Shown here: in pieces, positions 1 to 12,855 of the stretch | How the letters are laid out: each line of letters starts with the position of its first letter | How positions within the stretch are numbered: position 1 is the first letter of the stretch | The notes under the pieces: generated by a model | Told to the model about the DNA's origin: nothing | The model's database searches: none | What the model saw: only the letters and a program-made list of their open reading frames with translations | Source of the DNA: Scenedesmus sp. PABB004 | Lineage: Eukaryota | Assembly: GCA_014905635.1 (NCBI GenBank) | Contig: JABVCE010000015.1 | Coordinates: 744,001-808,000 of the forward strand | DNA length: 64,000 nt | Direction: 5' to 3' | Translations under genes and position numbers: made by a program

Positions 1-1439
1 CGCTGCTGCGCGGCCAGGCGGCGTCCGCGGCGCAGGCGACGTGGGTGCTGGGCCTGCGCGGCGGCGCAGGCAGCGCGAGCAGGGGGGCGCGTGCCGGCAG
101 GCAAAAGGAGGCGGCGGCGGGGCTGCAGGTGGTCGACCTCTCGCACAACCAGGCGCGTGCGCCGCGCGGCGCCGGCGGCGCGCCGCAGTGCCCCGCGCTG
201 CGCTGCTGCGTCCCGCCCGGCCGCGTCGATGCCGGCGGCGCGCCACGCGCTCCTCGCCGGCCCCACGCGCGCGCGCAGTTCACGGCGGCGGGCCTGCCCC
301 CGCTCGCGGCGGCGCTGTGCGACGAGCACGGCGGCCTCGCGCACCTGGGGCTCGCCGGCAACCCGCTCGCGGGCGGCGCGGTGGCCGCGGCGGCTGCGCT
401 GCTGGCGGCGCTGCAGCGCGAGCCGCCGGCCCGGGCCTTCACGGTCGACCTGCGCGGCGGCGAGTGCGCCGGGGGCGGCGCCGACGCGCTCGTGGCCGGC
501 GCGCTCAGCGCCGCCGCGCCCATGGCGCCGCACCTGCACCTGTTTGCCGGTGTGGCGCGGCCGCCGTTGCCGGCCCCGGCGCCGCCGCCGCCGCCGCCGG
601 CGCCGGCTGCGCGGCCGCGCGGCCGTCGCGCCTGGGCACATGGCGCCCCGCCGCCGCCCCGCCGCGCCGCCGCAGGCATGTTCACCTGGCACGGCCTGCC
701 CGCGGCCGCGTCCCTATCGCGCATAGAGCTCGAGCAGCGAGCCGGCAGCGCACCGCAAGAGGAGCGGCAGCACACCAGCGGCAGCCCGGCCGGCAGCGGC
801 GGCCACGGCGACCGCCGGGCGGCGGGGCGGCAGCCGCCCGAGCAGGCGGCGACCGCCCGCGGCGGCGGCGGCGGTCGCAGCCGAGGCAGCGAGGCCAGCG
901 TGCGGCAGGAGGACGAGCTGGGCGGCGCGTCGCCGGCGTTGGGCGGCGCGAGCGCGCAGGCGTGCGCGGGGCCGGCGGCCGCACACCCCGAGCCGGCGCG
1001 CGCGCGCGACTCGGAGGCGCCCGGGGCGGGCGACGCTGGCGACGCCGGCGACGCCGGCCTCGCCGGCCTGGCCGAGGCGGTGGGGCGGCAGCAGGCGACG
1101 CTGGAGTGGCTGCTGGAGCAGCAGCGTGCGGCGGCGCAGCAGGCGCCGCCGCTGCGCCGGCCGCCGCTGCAGCACGAGCAGGAGCAGGCGCCGGCTGCCG
1201 GCGACGCGGTGCTGGAAGGGCTGGCGCAGGCGTTCTGCGGGCTGTCGGAGCAGGTGACCCTGCTGGAGCGCCTGTTTGGCATCGCGCCGGGGGCGGGCGA
1301 CGACGCCGACGCACCGTGCGCGCCGGGGGCGGGGGCGGCGGACGCGGGCGGCGTCGGCGCGAGCCCGCAGGGCACGCGCAAGGGCGGCGGCGCGGGGGCT
1401 TCCGCGCGTCAGCTGCTCGCGCTGCACGGCCTGGGCTGA
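1..1439 (+). CDS. 3' part of an LRR (ribonuclease-inhibitor-like) protein; 5' end lies outside the window
   Basis: Spliced reading LQVVDLSHNQ|FTAAGLPPLAAALCDEHGGLAHLGLAGNPL gives RI-type LRR motifs. Predicted introns 153-278 (GC-AG) and 550-675 (GT-AG). TGA at 1437-1439. C-terminal coiled-coil-like segments. Confidence 0.6.
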   Translation, partial: LLRGQAASAAQATWVLGLRGGAGSASRGARAGRQKEAAAGLQVVDLSHNQARAPRGAGGAPQCPALRCCVPPGRVDAGGAPRAPRRPHARAQFTAAGLPPLAAALCDEHGGLAHLGLAGNPLAGGAVAAAAALLAALQREPPARAFTVDLRGGECAGGGADALVAGALSAAAPMAPHLHLFAGVARPPLPAPAPPPPPPAPAARPRGRRAWAHGAPPPPRRAAAGMFTWHGLPAAASLSRIELEQRAGSAPQEERQHTSGSPAGSGGHGDRRAAGRQPPEQAATARGGGGGRSRGSEASVRQEDELGGASPALGGASAQACAGPAAAHPEPARARDSEAPGAGDAGDAGDAGLAGLAEAVGRQQATLEWLLEQQRAAAQQAPPLRRPPLQHEQEQAPAAGDAVLEGLAQAFCGLSEQVTLLERLFGIAPGAGDDADAPCAPGAGAADAGGVGASPQGTRKGGGAGASARQLLALHGLG

Positions 1440-1779
1440 CCCCTGTGACGCGCGGCACCGCGGCGAGACGGGCCAGGCCTCGCGACGTCGGCAGTGCGCT
1501 GCGGTTTCACAGGCACGCGCGCAACGCCCATAACCGCGCCCGCCGCGCGCGGCCGCCAGGGCTGCAGGGGCAGCTCCGGCCGCGCCGCAGGCGTGTCAAA
1601 ATCGCGCCGCGCGAGGGCGCACGCGCGCGCGGGCGGCAGCCGCTGCTGCCGCCCGCGGCAGCCGCTGCTGCCGCCCGCGCCGCCCCGCCGCCGCGGCCAC
1701 GGCGCGCGCGCGGCGCCGGCTGCGGCTGCAGCCAGCGCGCGCGCGCCGCGCGAGCCCGCCCGGCCGCTGCCGGGCGCGC

Positions 1780-4700
1780 TCACTCGTCGCCCTTGCGGCC
1801 CTTGCCCTTGCCCGCCTTCTTTGGGATGCGGCTCCACGCCTCGGCGCCGGGGCCGGCGTTGACGAGGCCGACCGCCGCCGCGCTCACGCCGGCCGGCTGC
1901 GCCGCGGGCGCCGGCGCGGCGGCCGCGCCGCCGCCGCCGCCGCCACGCTTCTTCTTGCCGCCGCCGGGCTTGCGCGACTGCTCAGCGACCTTGCGCTTCA
2001 CAAACTCGCTCACAAACGTCGACACGCCTGCGCGCGCGGGCGCGCGCGTGCGCGTCAGGCGCCGCCGCGCCGGGCCCCGCAGCCCCGCCGCCGCGCGCCG
2101 CGGCCCCGCCGCCGCGCGCTGCAGCACGCCCCGCGCAGCCGCGCGACGCCCCGCCCGCAGCCGCTCGCCCAGCAGCGCGCCGCCGCACCCGGCTTGTTGC
2201 CCCAGACCATCTGGCAGTACTCGGCGATCTCGCTGTTGCTGGTGAGGCCCATGAGCAGCTCGACCATGGTCATGTCGGTGTTGCCGTTGAGGCCCTGCAT
2301 CTGCCCGCGGCACCACGCCGCAAACGGCGCGCTCAGCGCGAGCCCGCCGCCAAAGAGGCCCTCCGGCGGCTCGCCGGGGCCGGGCGACGGCGGGCCGCCC
2401 GGCGCGCCGCGCGGCGCCGGCGGCGGCGCGAGCGGCGCCGGCGCGGCCGCCGCGCGGCGCGCGGCGGGCTCGGGCGCCGCCGGCGCGGCCGGCGCTGCGT
2501 AGACCGCGCCCGGCACGGCGGGCTTGGCCGCCCGGGCGGCGGCGGCGCCGGCGCGCGGCTGCCCCGCCGGCGCGGGCGCGGGCGCCTTGACCGCGCCGCT
2601 CGCCGCCGCGCGCGCCCAGGGGCCCGCGACCGCGGGCGGCGCGACCGCGGCGGGCGCGGCCATGCGCGGCGCCGCCGCGGCGGCCGCGGCCGCGACCGCC
2701 GCGCGCGGCAGCGGCACCGGCGCCTGCGCCGCGGGGCGCGCCGCCGCCGCCGCCGCGCCGCCGCCGCCGCCGTAGTCCCAAAACAGCCCGCTGTCCTCGC
2801 CCGCCGCCGCCGCCGGCGCGGCCGCGGCCGGTGCGCCGCCGCCGCCGCCGCCGTGGCGCTGGCGCAGCGCAGCGATGAGGTCCTCCAGCCCCTCCTCCTG
2901 CGCGGAGCCGCCCTCGAGGTCGGCCAGCGTCTCCTCGCGGTCGGCCTGCGCACGTGCGCGGGCGGGGCAGGGGCGGGTGAGGTGCGCCGCAGGGACGCGC
3001 CGCGCCGGCCCGCGGCGGGCCTCGCTGCAGCGAGCGCGAAAAAGCGGGCGCGGCGCCGGCCGGCGCACCTGCTCCTGCCGCATGACCCGGTCGAGGCTCA
3101 CCGCCGCCGGCCGCGCCGCGCCGGCGGCGCCCCACGGGCCCGGCGGCGCCGCGGGCGCCGCGCAGCTCGCGCTCGAGGCGTTGGAGTTGGTGCGGCCGCC
3201 CAGGCGCGCGGCGAGGATCTCCCTGCGGCGGCGGGCACGCCGGGCAGGCGGCGCGGCGCGGGCGGCGCGTCGGCGGGGGCCCGCGGCCGCGGGCGGGCCG
3301 CGACGGCGCGCGCCGCGCCAGCTGCGCGCGCACCGAGCGGGCCTGCGCCGGGCCCTGCCCGGCCCGCGCCGCGCCGCGCCGCGCCGCGCCGCACCCGAGC
3401 GTGGCCTTCTTGGCGGCCGCCGTCGCTGCGAGCTCCTCCGACGTCGCGTGCGCCAGCCGCGGCTCCCGCGCCTGCGACTGCTGGATGTCGCGCAGCGACC
3501 CGCCCGCCGCCGCCGCGGCCGCCGCCGCCGGCGCGCCGCCGCCGCCGGCGCCCCAGCCCGGCGGCAGCGCGCCGCCGCCGGCGCCGGGCGCGGGGGGCTT
3601 GCCCCACGCGCCGCCGGCGCCGCCGCGCGGCGCGGCGCCCGTGCCGGCGCCGGCGCTGGCGCGCGCGGCCTCGTCGGCCGCCGCCGCCGCTGCCGCCGCC
3701 GCCGCGGCGCGGGCCTGCTCCTCCTCCAGGATCTCACGCAGGCTGCGCGCGGGCGGCGCGGCGGCCACGGGCGCGGCGGCCGCCCACGGCGCCGCCTTGG
3801 GCGGCTCCGGCTTGGCCGCCTGGGGGAAGAGTGGGACCTCGACCGGCCCGCGCGGCGCGGGCCGCTCCGACGGCGACGCCGGCGCGGGCGGCGCGGGCGC
3901 GGGCGCGGGCGCCTCCGCCGCGCCCTGCCACGCTGCCGCCGCGGCGGCGGCCTCGTGCTGCTTCTGCCGCTCCTGCTGCTTCGCCGCCTTGGTCGGCACC
4001 GTCTCCCAGGCGCCGCCGCCGCCGCCGGACGCGGGCGGCGCGGCGCCGCCCGCGTCGCCGCCGCCGCCCGGCCGGCCCCACGCGTTGGCGGGCGCCGCCG
4101 CGGCGGGCGGCTCGCCGGCGCCCGGCGCCGCGCCGGCCTCGGGGCGGCCACGATTGAACAGAAGGTCAAGCATCTTGCTGCCCGTCGTGCCACCGGCCGC
4201 GGCAGCCGGCGCCGGCGCCGGCTCGGGCGCGGGCGCGGGCGCCGGCGGTGGCGGCGCGGCGGGCTCCAGCGGCGTGCCGAAGAGCGTGCGCTGCCGCGGC
4301 GCGATCGCGGCGGGCGGCGGCGCGCCAAAGCCTGCCGCGTGCGCGCCCGGCCACGCGCCCGCCGCCGCGGCGCCCGCGTCGGCCGGCGCGGCCGCGTGGT
4401 GGCCGGCGAGGCCCGGCAGCGCAAACGGCGCTGCGCCGGCGTCGCCCGCCGCGGGCCCGGGCGCGACGGGCGCGGCCGCGGCGCCGGCGCCCGGCTGCTG
4501 CTGCTGCAGCCACGCGCTCACGCCCGTCGCGCTCGCATAGCCCGCCTGGTAGTGCGGCAGGTGCGAGTCCACCGCGCCCGCGCCGCGCAGGTCGCCCAGC
4601 CCGACGACGCCGTCGCCGCCCGCCTGCTGCGCCTGCTGCGCCTGCTGCGGCCCGGCGCTGGCGCCGCGCGCGGCCGCCTCGAGCGCCGCCCGGTACGCCG

Positions 4701-6901
4701 CGTGGTGCGCCCACACGCGCACCATGTCGCCGAGCGGCACCCACACGCCCTCCTGGCCGGGCAGCGCGGAGCGCATCGCCAGGTCGGCGCCAAAGTATGC
4801 CGCCTCAAACCAGTCGAGGATGTCGGAGCGGCAGAACGGCCCCTGCTCCGCGCCCTGGGGGTCGCGGTAGACCCAGGTGTCCGCCTCCAGCGCCGCGAGC
4901 GGCATGCCCGGCGGCAGCGGCGGCGGCGGCGGCAGCGGCGCGCCGCCGGGCCCCGCGGGCGCCGCCGCGGCGGGCGCCGGCGCCGCGGCGGGCTCGCCGG
5001 CGCCGGCCGGCCGCGGCGCCGCCTCGGCGAGCCACGCCGGCGCGTCGTCGTCCGGCTCGTCGCTCTCGACGTAGCGGACGTACAGGTTGGACAGCGCCTC
5101 CACGCTCAGCCCGCGCGGCAGCGGCAGCTCGCTGACCTTGAGCTGCGCCGCGGCGCGCGGGCGGGCGAACAAAGTGAGTGCGTGGCGGTGCGCGCGGCCG
5201 CGCGCGGCGCCACCCCGGCCGCGCGCGGTTTGGCCGTCCGGGCGCGGGGGTTCAAACGCGCCGCCGCCCCCGACTTCAAATTTGCCTTCAAACGCACCTT
5301 GAACAGCATCATGTCCTTGAGGTCCTCCAGGTGCTGCAGCGTGTACGCCGTCACGCGCCGCCGGCTGCTCACCGCGCGCTCGAGCGCGGCGCCGCCCGCG
5401 CTGCTGCCGAGGCTGCCCAGCGCGCGGCCGTAGCTGCCCGCGCCCGAGAGCTCCGGGTCCTTGGCGAGGCCCCAGTGCGGCGCGTCGGCGCCGGCGGCCG
5501 CGCCGGGCGCGAGGGGTGCGCCTGCAGCGGGGCGCGTGGGCGCGGGCGCGGGCGCGCGGGCAGCGGCATCGGCCACAGCCGCCCCGCTGCTGCGCCGGCC
5601 GTCGTGCCGCGCGCCGGCCGCGCCCGCGCCCCCGCGCGGCGCGCGCGCACCTGCAGCCCTGCCGCGCCCGTAGCCAAAGCCGCGGCCCTTGGGCAGCAGC
5701 GCCGCGCCGGCGCGCTCGCGCTCGCCGTCCCGCTCCGCGGCGCCGCGGTCCAGGCGGTCGAGGCTGGCGCGGAACTCGCCCGACGCCCGCGACGGCGGGC
5801 CAAAGCCCGGCAGCGGCTCGTCGCGCTCGCGGCCGCCGCCGCGCTCGCCGCCGCGCGCCGGGCCCTCGCGCTCAAAGCGGTCGTCCAGCGCGCGCGCCGC
5901 TGCGGGCGCGGGGGCGGCGCGCGGGCGGCGTGGGACGGCCGCCGCCGCGCACGCGCGCGCGACGGCCGCCGCTGCGCGGACGCGACGGCCGGCGCGCGCT
6001 CGCCGCCGGCAGCGGCTGCCCACCTGGCGCGCGCCAGCGGTCGATGCGCGACTGCCCCGCGTCGCCGAGGTCCAGGCGCTCCGTGCCTGGCGGCGGCGAC
6101 CGGTCGCCGCGGTCGGCAGCAGCGGCCGGCGGCAGCAGCAGCAGCAGCGGCAGCAGCAGCGGCAGCAGCGGCGGCGCCCGCGCGCGGGGCCGCGCCGCGC
6201 GCCCGGGCGCGCGCCGCGCGGCGCGCCGCTGGCGGGCGGGCGCCCGGGCCCGGCCACTCACGGGGCGCCCACTTGTCGGCCTTCTCGTCCGCGCGCCAGC
6301 GATCCCGGGGCGCCGGGTCGCGCAGCGCGGAGGGGCCCTCCCAGCGGTCTGCGGGGCGCCATGGGCGGCGGTGCGGGCGCTCTGCGCCTGCCCGTTGCGG
6401 TCCCACGCCCGGGGCCGGCGCCGCGGGCGCGCGCGCGCACCCGGCGCGAAGGGCTCGCGCTGCGCAGGCGGCAGGCCGGGCCCCCCCAGTCGCCCGCCTT
6501 CCACCTGCGGCGCGGGGCGGTCAGCACCGCCGCGAGCGACGGCCGCGCCCGCCCCCGCGCGCCACGCACCGCCCGGGCTCGCGGCGCGGCGCGGGCGCCG
6601 GCCGGGCGCCGTCCCGCTCATCCTCGCCCCAGCGCGGCCGCTCCAGCGGGTCGTGGCTCCAGCGCGAGTCCGCGTCCTTTTCGTTGGCCCACCGCTCCGC
6701 CACCCACGGCTTCTCCTCGCGCCCGCGGGCCGCGGTGGGCGAGAGCTGCTGCTTGCCGTCGCTCGATCGCTTCTCCTCGCCCCCCGGCGCCGCGCCGCCG
6801 CCCGGGATCGCGCCGGGCGACCGGGCCGAGCCGCCGGCGCCGCGGTTCTGCAGCCACTGCGGCGTGAAGGACGAGGGCAGCTCCGTGCTGCCCGAAAGCA
6901 T
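1780..6901 (-). CDS. GYF-domain protein, GIGYF/EXA1-like translational regulator (multi-exon)
   Basis: ATG at 6901 (MLSGSTELPSSFTPQWL). GYF domain WVYRDPQGAEQGPFCRSDILDWFEAAYFGADLAMR (~4775-4880). Other motifs: GRGFGYGRGR, SLREILEEEQ, LFWDYG. C-terminal helical domain FAAWCRGQMQGLNGNTDMTMVELLMGLTSNSEIAEYC...FVSEFVKRK. TGA at 1780-1782. Confidence 0.85.
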
Positions 6902-7431
6902 CCTGCTGCTGCTGCTCCTGCGTGGCCCGGCGGGCAAAGGCCAGCGGCGCGGGCGCGGCACACGGGGCTCGGTGCGGGTCGATCGCGGGGAGAGCGCCGG
7001 CTTGTGTGTGTCGCGGGCGGGCGCGGGGGCGGTCGTCGTCTGCCGGCAGTCGTCGAGTCGGCGGGCGCGAGTAAGCCTTGCGCCCTGCGCGCGCGCACGC
7101 TGCTCCCGGCGCAGCGGCACGCCTCGCCTGCATGCGCGAGCCCAAGCACCACCGCCGCCGCCGCCGCGCTAGCGCGCCGCCGCGCGCGCCCCCGCGTTGG
7201 CCACAACTGGTTGCAGACAACAACGACGGCGCCCCGCAGACCGGCCGCACACCAAACAACGACCGGTCGCGACCAAACACCAAAGCGGCCAGGCCGGGCC
7301 CGCCCAGCGCCCGCCGTCGCCGTCGTCGGGCACGTAGGGGCTAGCCGGGCTCACGCCCGTACGCCGGGCGTGTCGGCGGGCAGCCACGCGTTTTTTTTTG
7401 TGTGAGCGAGACCATCTCGGTGCGGGGCGCG

Positions 7432-8942
7432 TCAGCGGAAGCCGACGGTGAGGCCGACCAGCACAAAAATGATCGCCGCGACGACGCCGCCGAGGATGAA
7501 CCAGAGGCGCACGTTCTGCGGCCGAGGCGCGGCGGGCGCACGGCGCGTGTGGGGTGTGAGGCGGGCGTGCACGGCGCGGCGCGGCGGCGCCGCGAGCTGC
7601 CGGCCCCTGGCGTGCAGCGCAGCGCGCGCCGCCCGCCCACCTTCCACCACATGACGCGCCGCGCGCGCTTCGCCTCGCGCCGGAACGCAAACGCCTCGCC
7701 CTGCGGAGCGCGGCGCGTCGTCATCAGGGGCCCAACCGCCGCAAACGCGCGGCGCCGCGCGGCCACCGCACGCCCGCGGGCGCGCCGCCGCCGCCGCGAC
7801 CGCCGCCGCCGCCGCAACCGCCGCCGCCGCCGCGACCGCCGCGACCGCCGCCGCCGCGCCTGCAGCAGGTCTGTCTTGTCCACGAGCAGGTCGAGCTTCT
7901 CGCCGCGGTCCAGGACCTTCTCGATGTTCTCAATCATTATGTCCTTGACCTGCGCGCGGTTGACCGCCCGCGCGTTTGTGACCGCCGCGCGCGGTTGACC
8001 GCCGCGCGCGCCAGCGAGCGCGGCCCGGCGGCGCCGCGCGGCCTCGGCGGGGACCGCCGCGCCGCGCGCCGCGCCGCGCCGCGCCTGCATGATCTCGCCG
8101 CGCACGCGCCCAATCGTGTCGGCGGCGGGGTCGCTCGAGAAAAAGGCCATGCGCTGCCCCAGCACCGCGCCAAAGGTCCCGTTGAGCTCGTACGCCGCCG
8201 CCTGGCGCGCCAGGGCGGGCGCGGGGCGCGGCGCGGCCGCGGCGGTCGGGCCCACTGGCGACGCGCGGCCTCGCGCGGCGCCCGCGCGCGCACCTGCGCG
8301 CTCGCGTCGCCGTGCGCCGCGAGGAACGCGGCGCGCACGTCCTCCAGGAACGCAAAGGGGATGCGCCGCCCAGCGGCCTGCGCGGCGCGGCGCAAGCGTG
8401 AGCGCCTCGCGCCGCGCGCCGCGGCTGCCGCGCTCGCCCGCCCGCCTGTGCGGCCGCGCCGCGGCCCTGCGCCCCCGCCGGGCCTGCGGCGGCCGCGGCG
8501 CGACGCCCTGCGCCCGGCGCCCGTGCCGCCGGGTCACCTCCTCTGCCATGCACATGAACGTCAGGCCCTGCGCGACGAGCACGTGGAACATGTGCCGGTC
8601 CTGCGCGTAGCTCACGCGCCTGCGCGCGCCACGGCGTCGTGGCGTTGCGGCGTCGGGGGACAGCAGCAGCGGCCCGCGGCAGCAAGGGCCGCGCGGCAGC
8701 GGCCGCACGTGTCCTCCGCCGGCAGCCGCTCCAGGATGCGCACGGCCACGGTGGGGACGTTGCCGGTGGTGTTGCTGCAGCGCGGGGCAGGGCGGCGGCG
8801 TGGGCGCCGGCGGCGGGCGCCGCCGCCAGCGTCGGCGGGGGGAGCAGCAGCGCTGCGCCGGCCCGCACTTGTGCTCTGCCAGGACGGTCGTGCCCCGCGC
8901 CACCAGCACGTAGAGCAGCGGGCGCTGCTGCGCCGCCGCCAT
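7432..8942 (-). CDS. VAMP7: Vesicle-associated membrane protein, VAMP7/VAMP71-type longin R-SNARE
   Basis: Longin domain LLYVLVARGTTVLAEH...VSYAQDRHMFHVLV.QGLTFMCMAEE.AGRRIPFAFLEDV. R-SNARE motif VKDIMIENIEKVLDRGEKLDLLVDKTDLLQ. C-terminal TM VRLWFILGGVVAAIIFVLVGLTVGF. Seven introns, two of them GC-AG. Confidence 0.95.
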
Positions 8943-9385
8943 GGCGCACCAGCCGCAGCCGGCCCTGGCTGTGACCAGGGCGGCCTCGCCGAGCTGCGCG
9001 CCGCGCGAAGCAGGGCCGCGGCGGCGCGCCGCGCGGAGCAGCGGAGCAGCGGAGCGGCGGCGGCAGGCGTCGGCGTCGGCGCTGCGGCGGGGCTGAGCAA
9101 TGGCGGAGCAGCTGCGGGCGTGCTACAGGCCACTCGGCGCGTCTGGGGCCAGCCGATCAGGTCGCGGTGGGCCAGGGCCCTTGAACGCGTTGCCAGGCGC
9201 GCAAAGACCTGCGCCACGCTGGGCCGCCCTGGCGACTGCCCTGACTCGCCCGCCAGCCAGAGGCGCACGCCCGCTCGCGGAAAATCCAGCCCGCGAGCGC
9301 GGACGCCTCACGGCCGGTGCAGGGGGGCCATCACCGCGGTTGGCCGCTGCCCCGCTCCATCCGGGCGCCGCGGCTGCGATTCGCC

Positions 9386-10063
9386 ATGCGCTCCGGCATG
9401 CCCGCGGCGTCGGGCTGCCGCCTGAACGCGCGGCGCGCCGGAACGGCGCGCGCATGGCCGGCGCCGCGCGGCAGCAGCGGGGACGTGCGCCGCGCGGTCC
9501 GCGCCACGGCGCCGCCGCGCGCCGCCGGCGCCGCTGCGGGGGGTCAGGAGCCGCAGCAGCCGCGCCTGGAGCCGCAGGTGGGGCCGCGGCGCTTGCGCGG
9601 CGCGCGGGCGGCCGGCGGCAGGCGCACCCGCCGCCAACCGCAGAGCAGCGGGGGGGGGGGGGGGGGGGGGGGGGCTGGGCTGTGCGCCGCCGGCGCGGGC
9701 CGCCCTGACGCCGCCGCGCCGCGTGACGCCCGCAGCCGGCGCAGTGGGGGGCGCGGCTCAACCCGACGCGCGGGTGGCGGCGGCGGCGCAGCCGGCTCCT
9801 GCCGCCCCCGCGGCGGCGCCCGGCGGCGGCGGCGCGGCGCAGCAGCAGCAGCGCCCGCCGGCGCTGCTGCAGCAGGCGGCTACGATGGCGGCCGTGTCAG
9901 CGCTGGCGCTGTCGCTGTGCCTCTCCGCGCCGGGGCCGGCCGCGCTCGCAGCGGCGGCGCAGCAGGCGCCCGGCCCGGCGGTGCTGCAGCAGGCGCCGCC
10001 GCCGCGCGGGCAGCAGCCGCAGCAGGCGAAGCAGGCGACGCCGCAGCAGCGGGAGCGGGAGCG

Positions 10064-10096
<33 letters not shown>

Positions 10097-10701
10097 GCTG
10101 TTCAGCGTCGGCAGCCAGCTCGAGGACGGCTTGCTGGAGGCTGTGCGGCAGGTGCGGCGCTGGGTGGGGCGCCGCCTGGGCCACTCGGCCATGCTACGGC
10201 TGCGTGCTGGTCCGGCACGCGCGGGGCGGGCGCGCACCGAGCTGCCGTGTGGCGCCGCCGCAGGTCGAGGCGCGGCTGGACCACGCGCTGGGGGCCATCA
10301 GCAGCGGCGCGCACCTCGTCGACGCCGCGCAGGCCAGCAGCGAGCAGCAGGTGCGCGGCGCGAGCCAGGCCCGCCGCGCCGCCGCTCGCGGCGGGCGCCG
10401 CACGCGGCCGCCCCGGGCCGCGCACGCGCCGCGGCCGCCCAGCGCCGCGCACCGCGCCGCGCCGCGCACCGCGCCGCGCGCCGCAGGCCGCGGCCGACGC
10501 GGCGGCGGCGGCGCTCATCCGCGAGGTGTGGGAGGTCGTGGACGCCTCCTACATGGACGCGCGGCAGAGCGGCTTTGACCACGCCGCGTGGGCGACGCTG
10601 CGCGACGAGGCGCTGGCCCGGACCTACTACGACCAGGCGAGCGTGCACAGGTGCGGCGCCGGCCGGCACGCTCGCGCGCTGCCCGCGCCCCGCGCCTCCC
10701 G

Positions 10702-10743
<42 letters not shown>

Positions 10744-12431
10744 CTCTCTCTCTCCCCCTCGCGTGCCGGCCCCGCCCTCCGCGCCGCCCTCTCGACCAAG
10801 CGCGCGCCGCCCTCGACCGACGCCGCCGCCGCTCCCGCGCTGCGCAGGGCGGTGCGGTCGATGCTCGCGCGCGGCGTGGCCGACCCGTACTGTCGTTTCA
10901 TTCCCCCCGGCGAGTTTGCGGCGATGTCAAAGTACGACGTCACGGGCGTGGGCCTCAACCTCGGCACGGGCGAGGAGTACGTCAAGAAGACGGTGTGGCG
11001 GGGCGCTGCGCAGGGGGGAGGGGCAGGGGCGGGGCGCTGCGCGGCGGGGCGCTGCGCGGCGGGGCGCTGCGGCGGCGGGGCGCTGCGGCGGCGGGCGCCG
11101 ACGGCGCGCGCCGGCGCCCCCGCAGGGCCGCGAGCTGCCGTCGGGGGCTGGCGGCGCGGGCGGCGTGTGGGTGGTCGGCCTGTCCAAGGGCAGCGAGGCC
11201 GACCGCGCCGGCATGGAGCAGGGCGACCAGCTGCTGCGGGTGCGGGGCGCCGCCGCGCGCGGCCCCGCGCGCGCCACGCCGCGCGGCCCTGCCGGTGCCG
11301 CGGCTGCGGCGCGGCCGTCCCCCACGCCCGCCGCCGCGCCCGCGCCGCCGGCCGCAGATCGGCGGCGCGGAGCTGTCCGAGGTGTCACCCTTCCAGGCGG
11401 CCACGCTCATTGCCGGGCCGGACGACACCAGCGCCAGCTCGGCCGTCGCGCTCACGGTGTGTGCCGCGTGCGCGGGGCGGCGCGAGCGCGCGCGCGCGGC
11501 GCGCGCCGGCGAGCCCGGTGCTCAGCGCTCGCGCGCCCCGCGCAGGTGCGCAAGGCGGACGGGCGCGTGGAGGAGGTGACGGTGACCCGGCCCGCGCGCG
11601 CGCTGCCCTCGCCCGTCACCAGCAGCCTGCAGGCGCGCGGCGGCCGCCAGGTGCGCGCGCCGCGCCGCGCCGCGCGCTGCCGCGCCTCGGCCGCGCGCTG
11701 CCGCGCCTCGGCCGCGCGCTGCGTCCGAGCGCCGCGCCGCGGCCGCAGGTGGGGACCATCCGGCTGGCGTCGTTCAACGCGCGCGCTCTGCGCGACGTCA
11801 GCGCCGCGCTCGACGCGCTCACCGCGCGCGGCGCGACCGAAATCGTGCTCGACCTGCGCGACAACCGGTGCGCGACGCGACGCGCGGCAGGGGCGCCCCC
11901 GCCGGTGAGCGCGTGCCCGCGCTCGCTCACGCGCCGCCGCCGCCGCCACGCATGCCGCCACGGCGCAGGGGCGGGCTCGTGAGCGAGGGGCTGGAGGTCG
12001 CGCGGCTGTTCCTGTCCGACCGCGTGCCGATCGTGCTCACGCAGAGCAAGGCGATGGCGGCCGCGCCGCCGCGCGCGCGCGAGGCGCCGATGAGCCGCCT
12101 CCCGCTCACCGTGCTGGTCAACGAGCACACCGCGAGCGCGAGCGAGATCGTGGCGGGGGCGCTCAAGGACAACTGCCGCGGCGTGCTCGTCGGGCGGCGC
12201 ACGTACGGCAAGGGCCTCATACAGAGTGTGTACGAGCTGTCGGACAGCTCGGGGCTCGTCATCACGGTCGGCAAGTACCTCACGCCCCGCGGCGTCGACA
12301 TCGACCGCTTCGGCATCGCGCCCGACTTTGGCGCGCCGCCGCCGCCGTCCGCCGCGGCGGGCGCGCTCGACGCGTGCCGCCTCGCCGCGGGCGGCGGCGC
12401 CGGTGGGGATGGCGGCAGCCGCGCGGCGTGA
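9386..12431 (+). CDS. CTPA: Carboxyl-terminal processing peptidase (S41, CtpA1-like), probably thylakoid lumen-targeted
   Basis: Motifs LIREVWEVVDASY, DPYCRF, SKYDVTGVGLNL, a PDZ segment, IVLDLRDNRGG and catalytic VLVNEHTASASEIVAGALKDNCRGVLVGRRTYGKGLIQSVYEL. N-terminal transit-like region with an A-x-A hydrophobic stretch. TGA at 12429-12431. Confidence 0.92.
9650..9674. repeat. Poly-G run (25 nt) in the first CtpA intron
   Basis: Directly visible homopolymer. Confidence 0.9.
10704..10754. repeat. (CT)n microsatellite, intronic
   Basis: Directly visible. Confidence 0.95.
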
Positions 12432-12855
12432 GGGCGTCTCGGCGGCTGCGTGGGACGAGCGAGCGAGCGAACCCTGGGTCCGGTCAACGTCCGCGGCCCG
12501 CGCTTGACCTGCCGAGGCCCGCCAGGCCGCCGCGCGCCTTTGCCGAGCGTCACACAGCTCGCGCAGCCGTCGCCGCGTCCGCGCGGCCGCGAGGGGCCAA
12601 TGGCCGGGTCTTGGTCAAGGGCCTACCGCGTTCGCGTTTTCTCGCTCTCCCGACGCGCCTGAGCTCCGCCGCCCGCCCGCGCCCTCGGCCGCACTCTGCC
12701 GTCGCCGAGGCCGTTAGCGTGCGCGCGTAGGCAGCCGCGACGCGAGCGAGGGACGCCGCGCCCCAGCCCCGCGCGGCCGCACTCTTCAGCACACAGCAGC
12801 CTGCGCGGCCGCCATGGTTATCACGCAGTGCGCCTGAGCGGCCTGGCGAGCTGCC

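Noticed and set aside
11029..11722. Short tandem repeats in CtpA introns (15-bp and 21-bp units) and widespread (GCGCC)n tracts as possible introner elements
   Set aside because: They are local slippage repeats. I saw no extended similarity between different introns and no terminal inverted repeats or target-site duplications.
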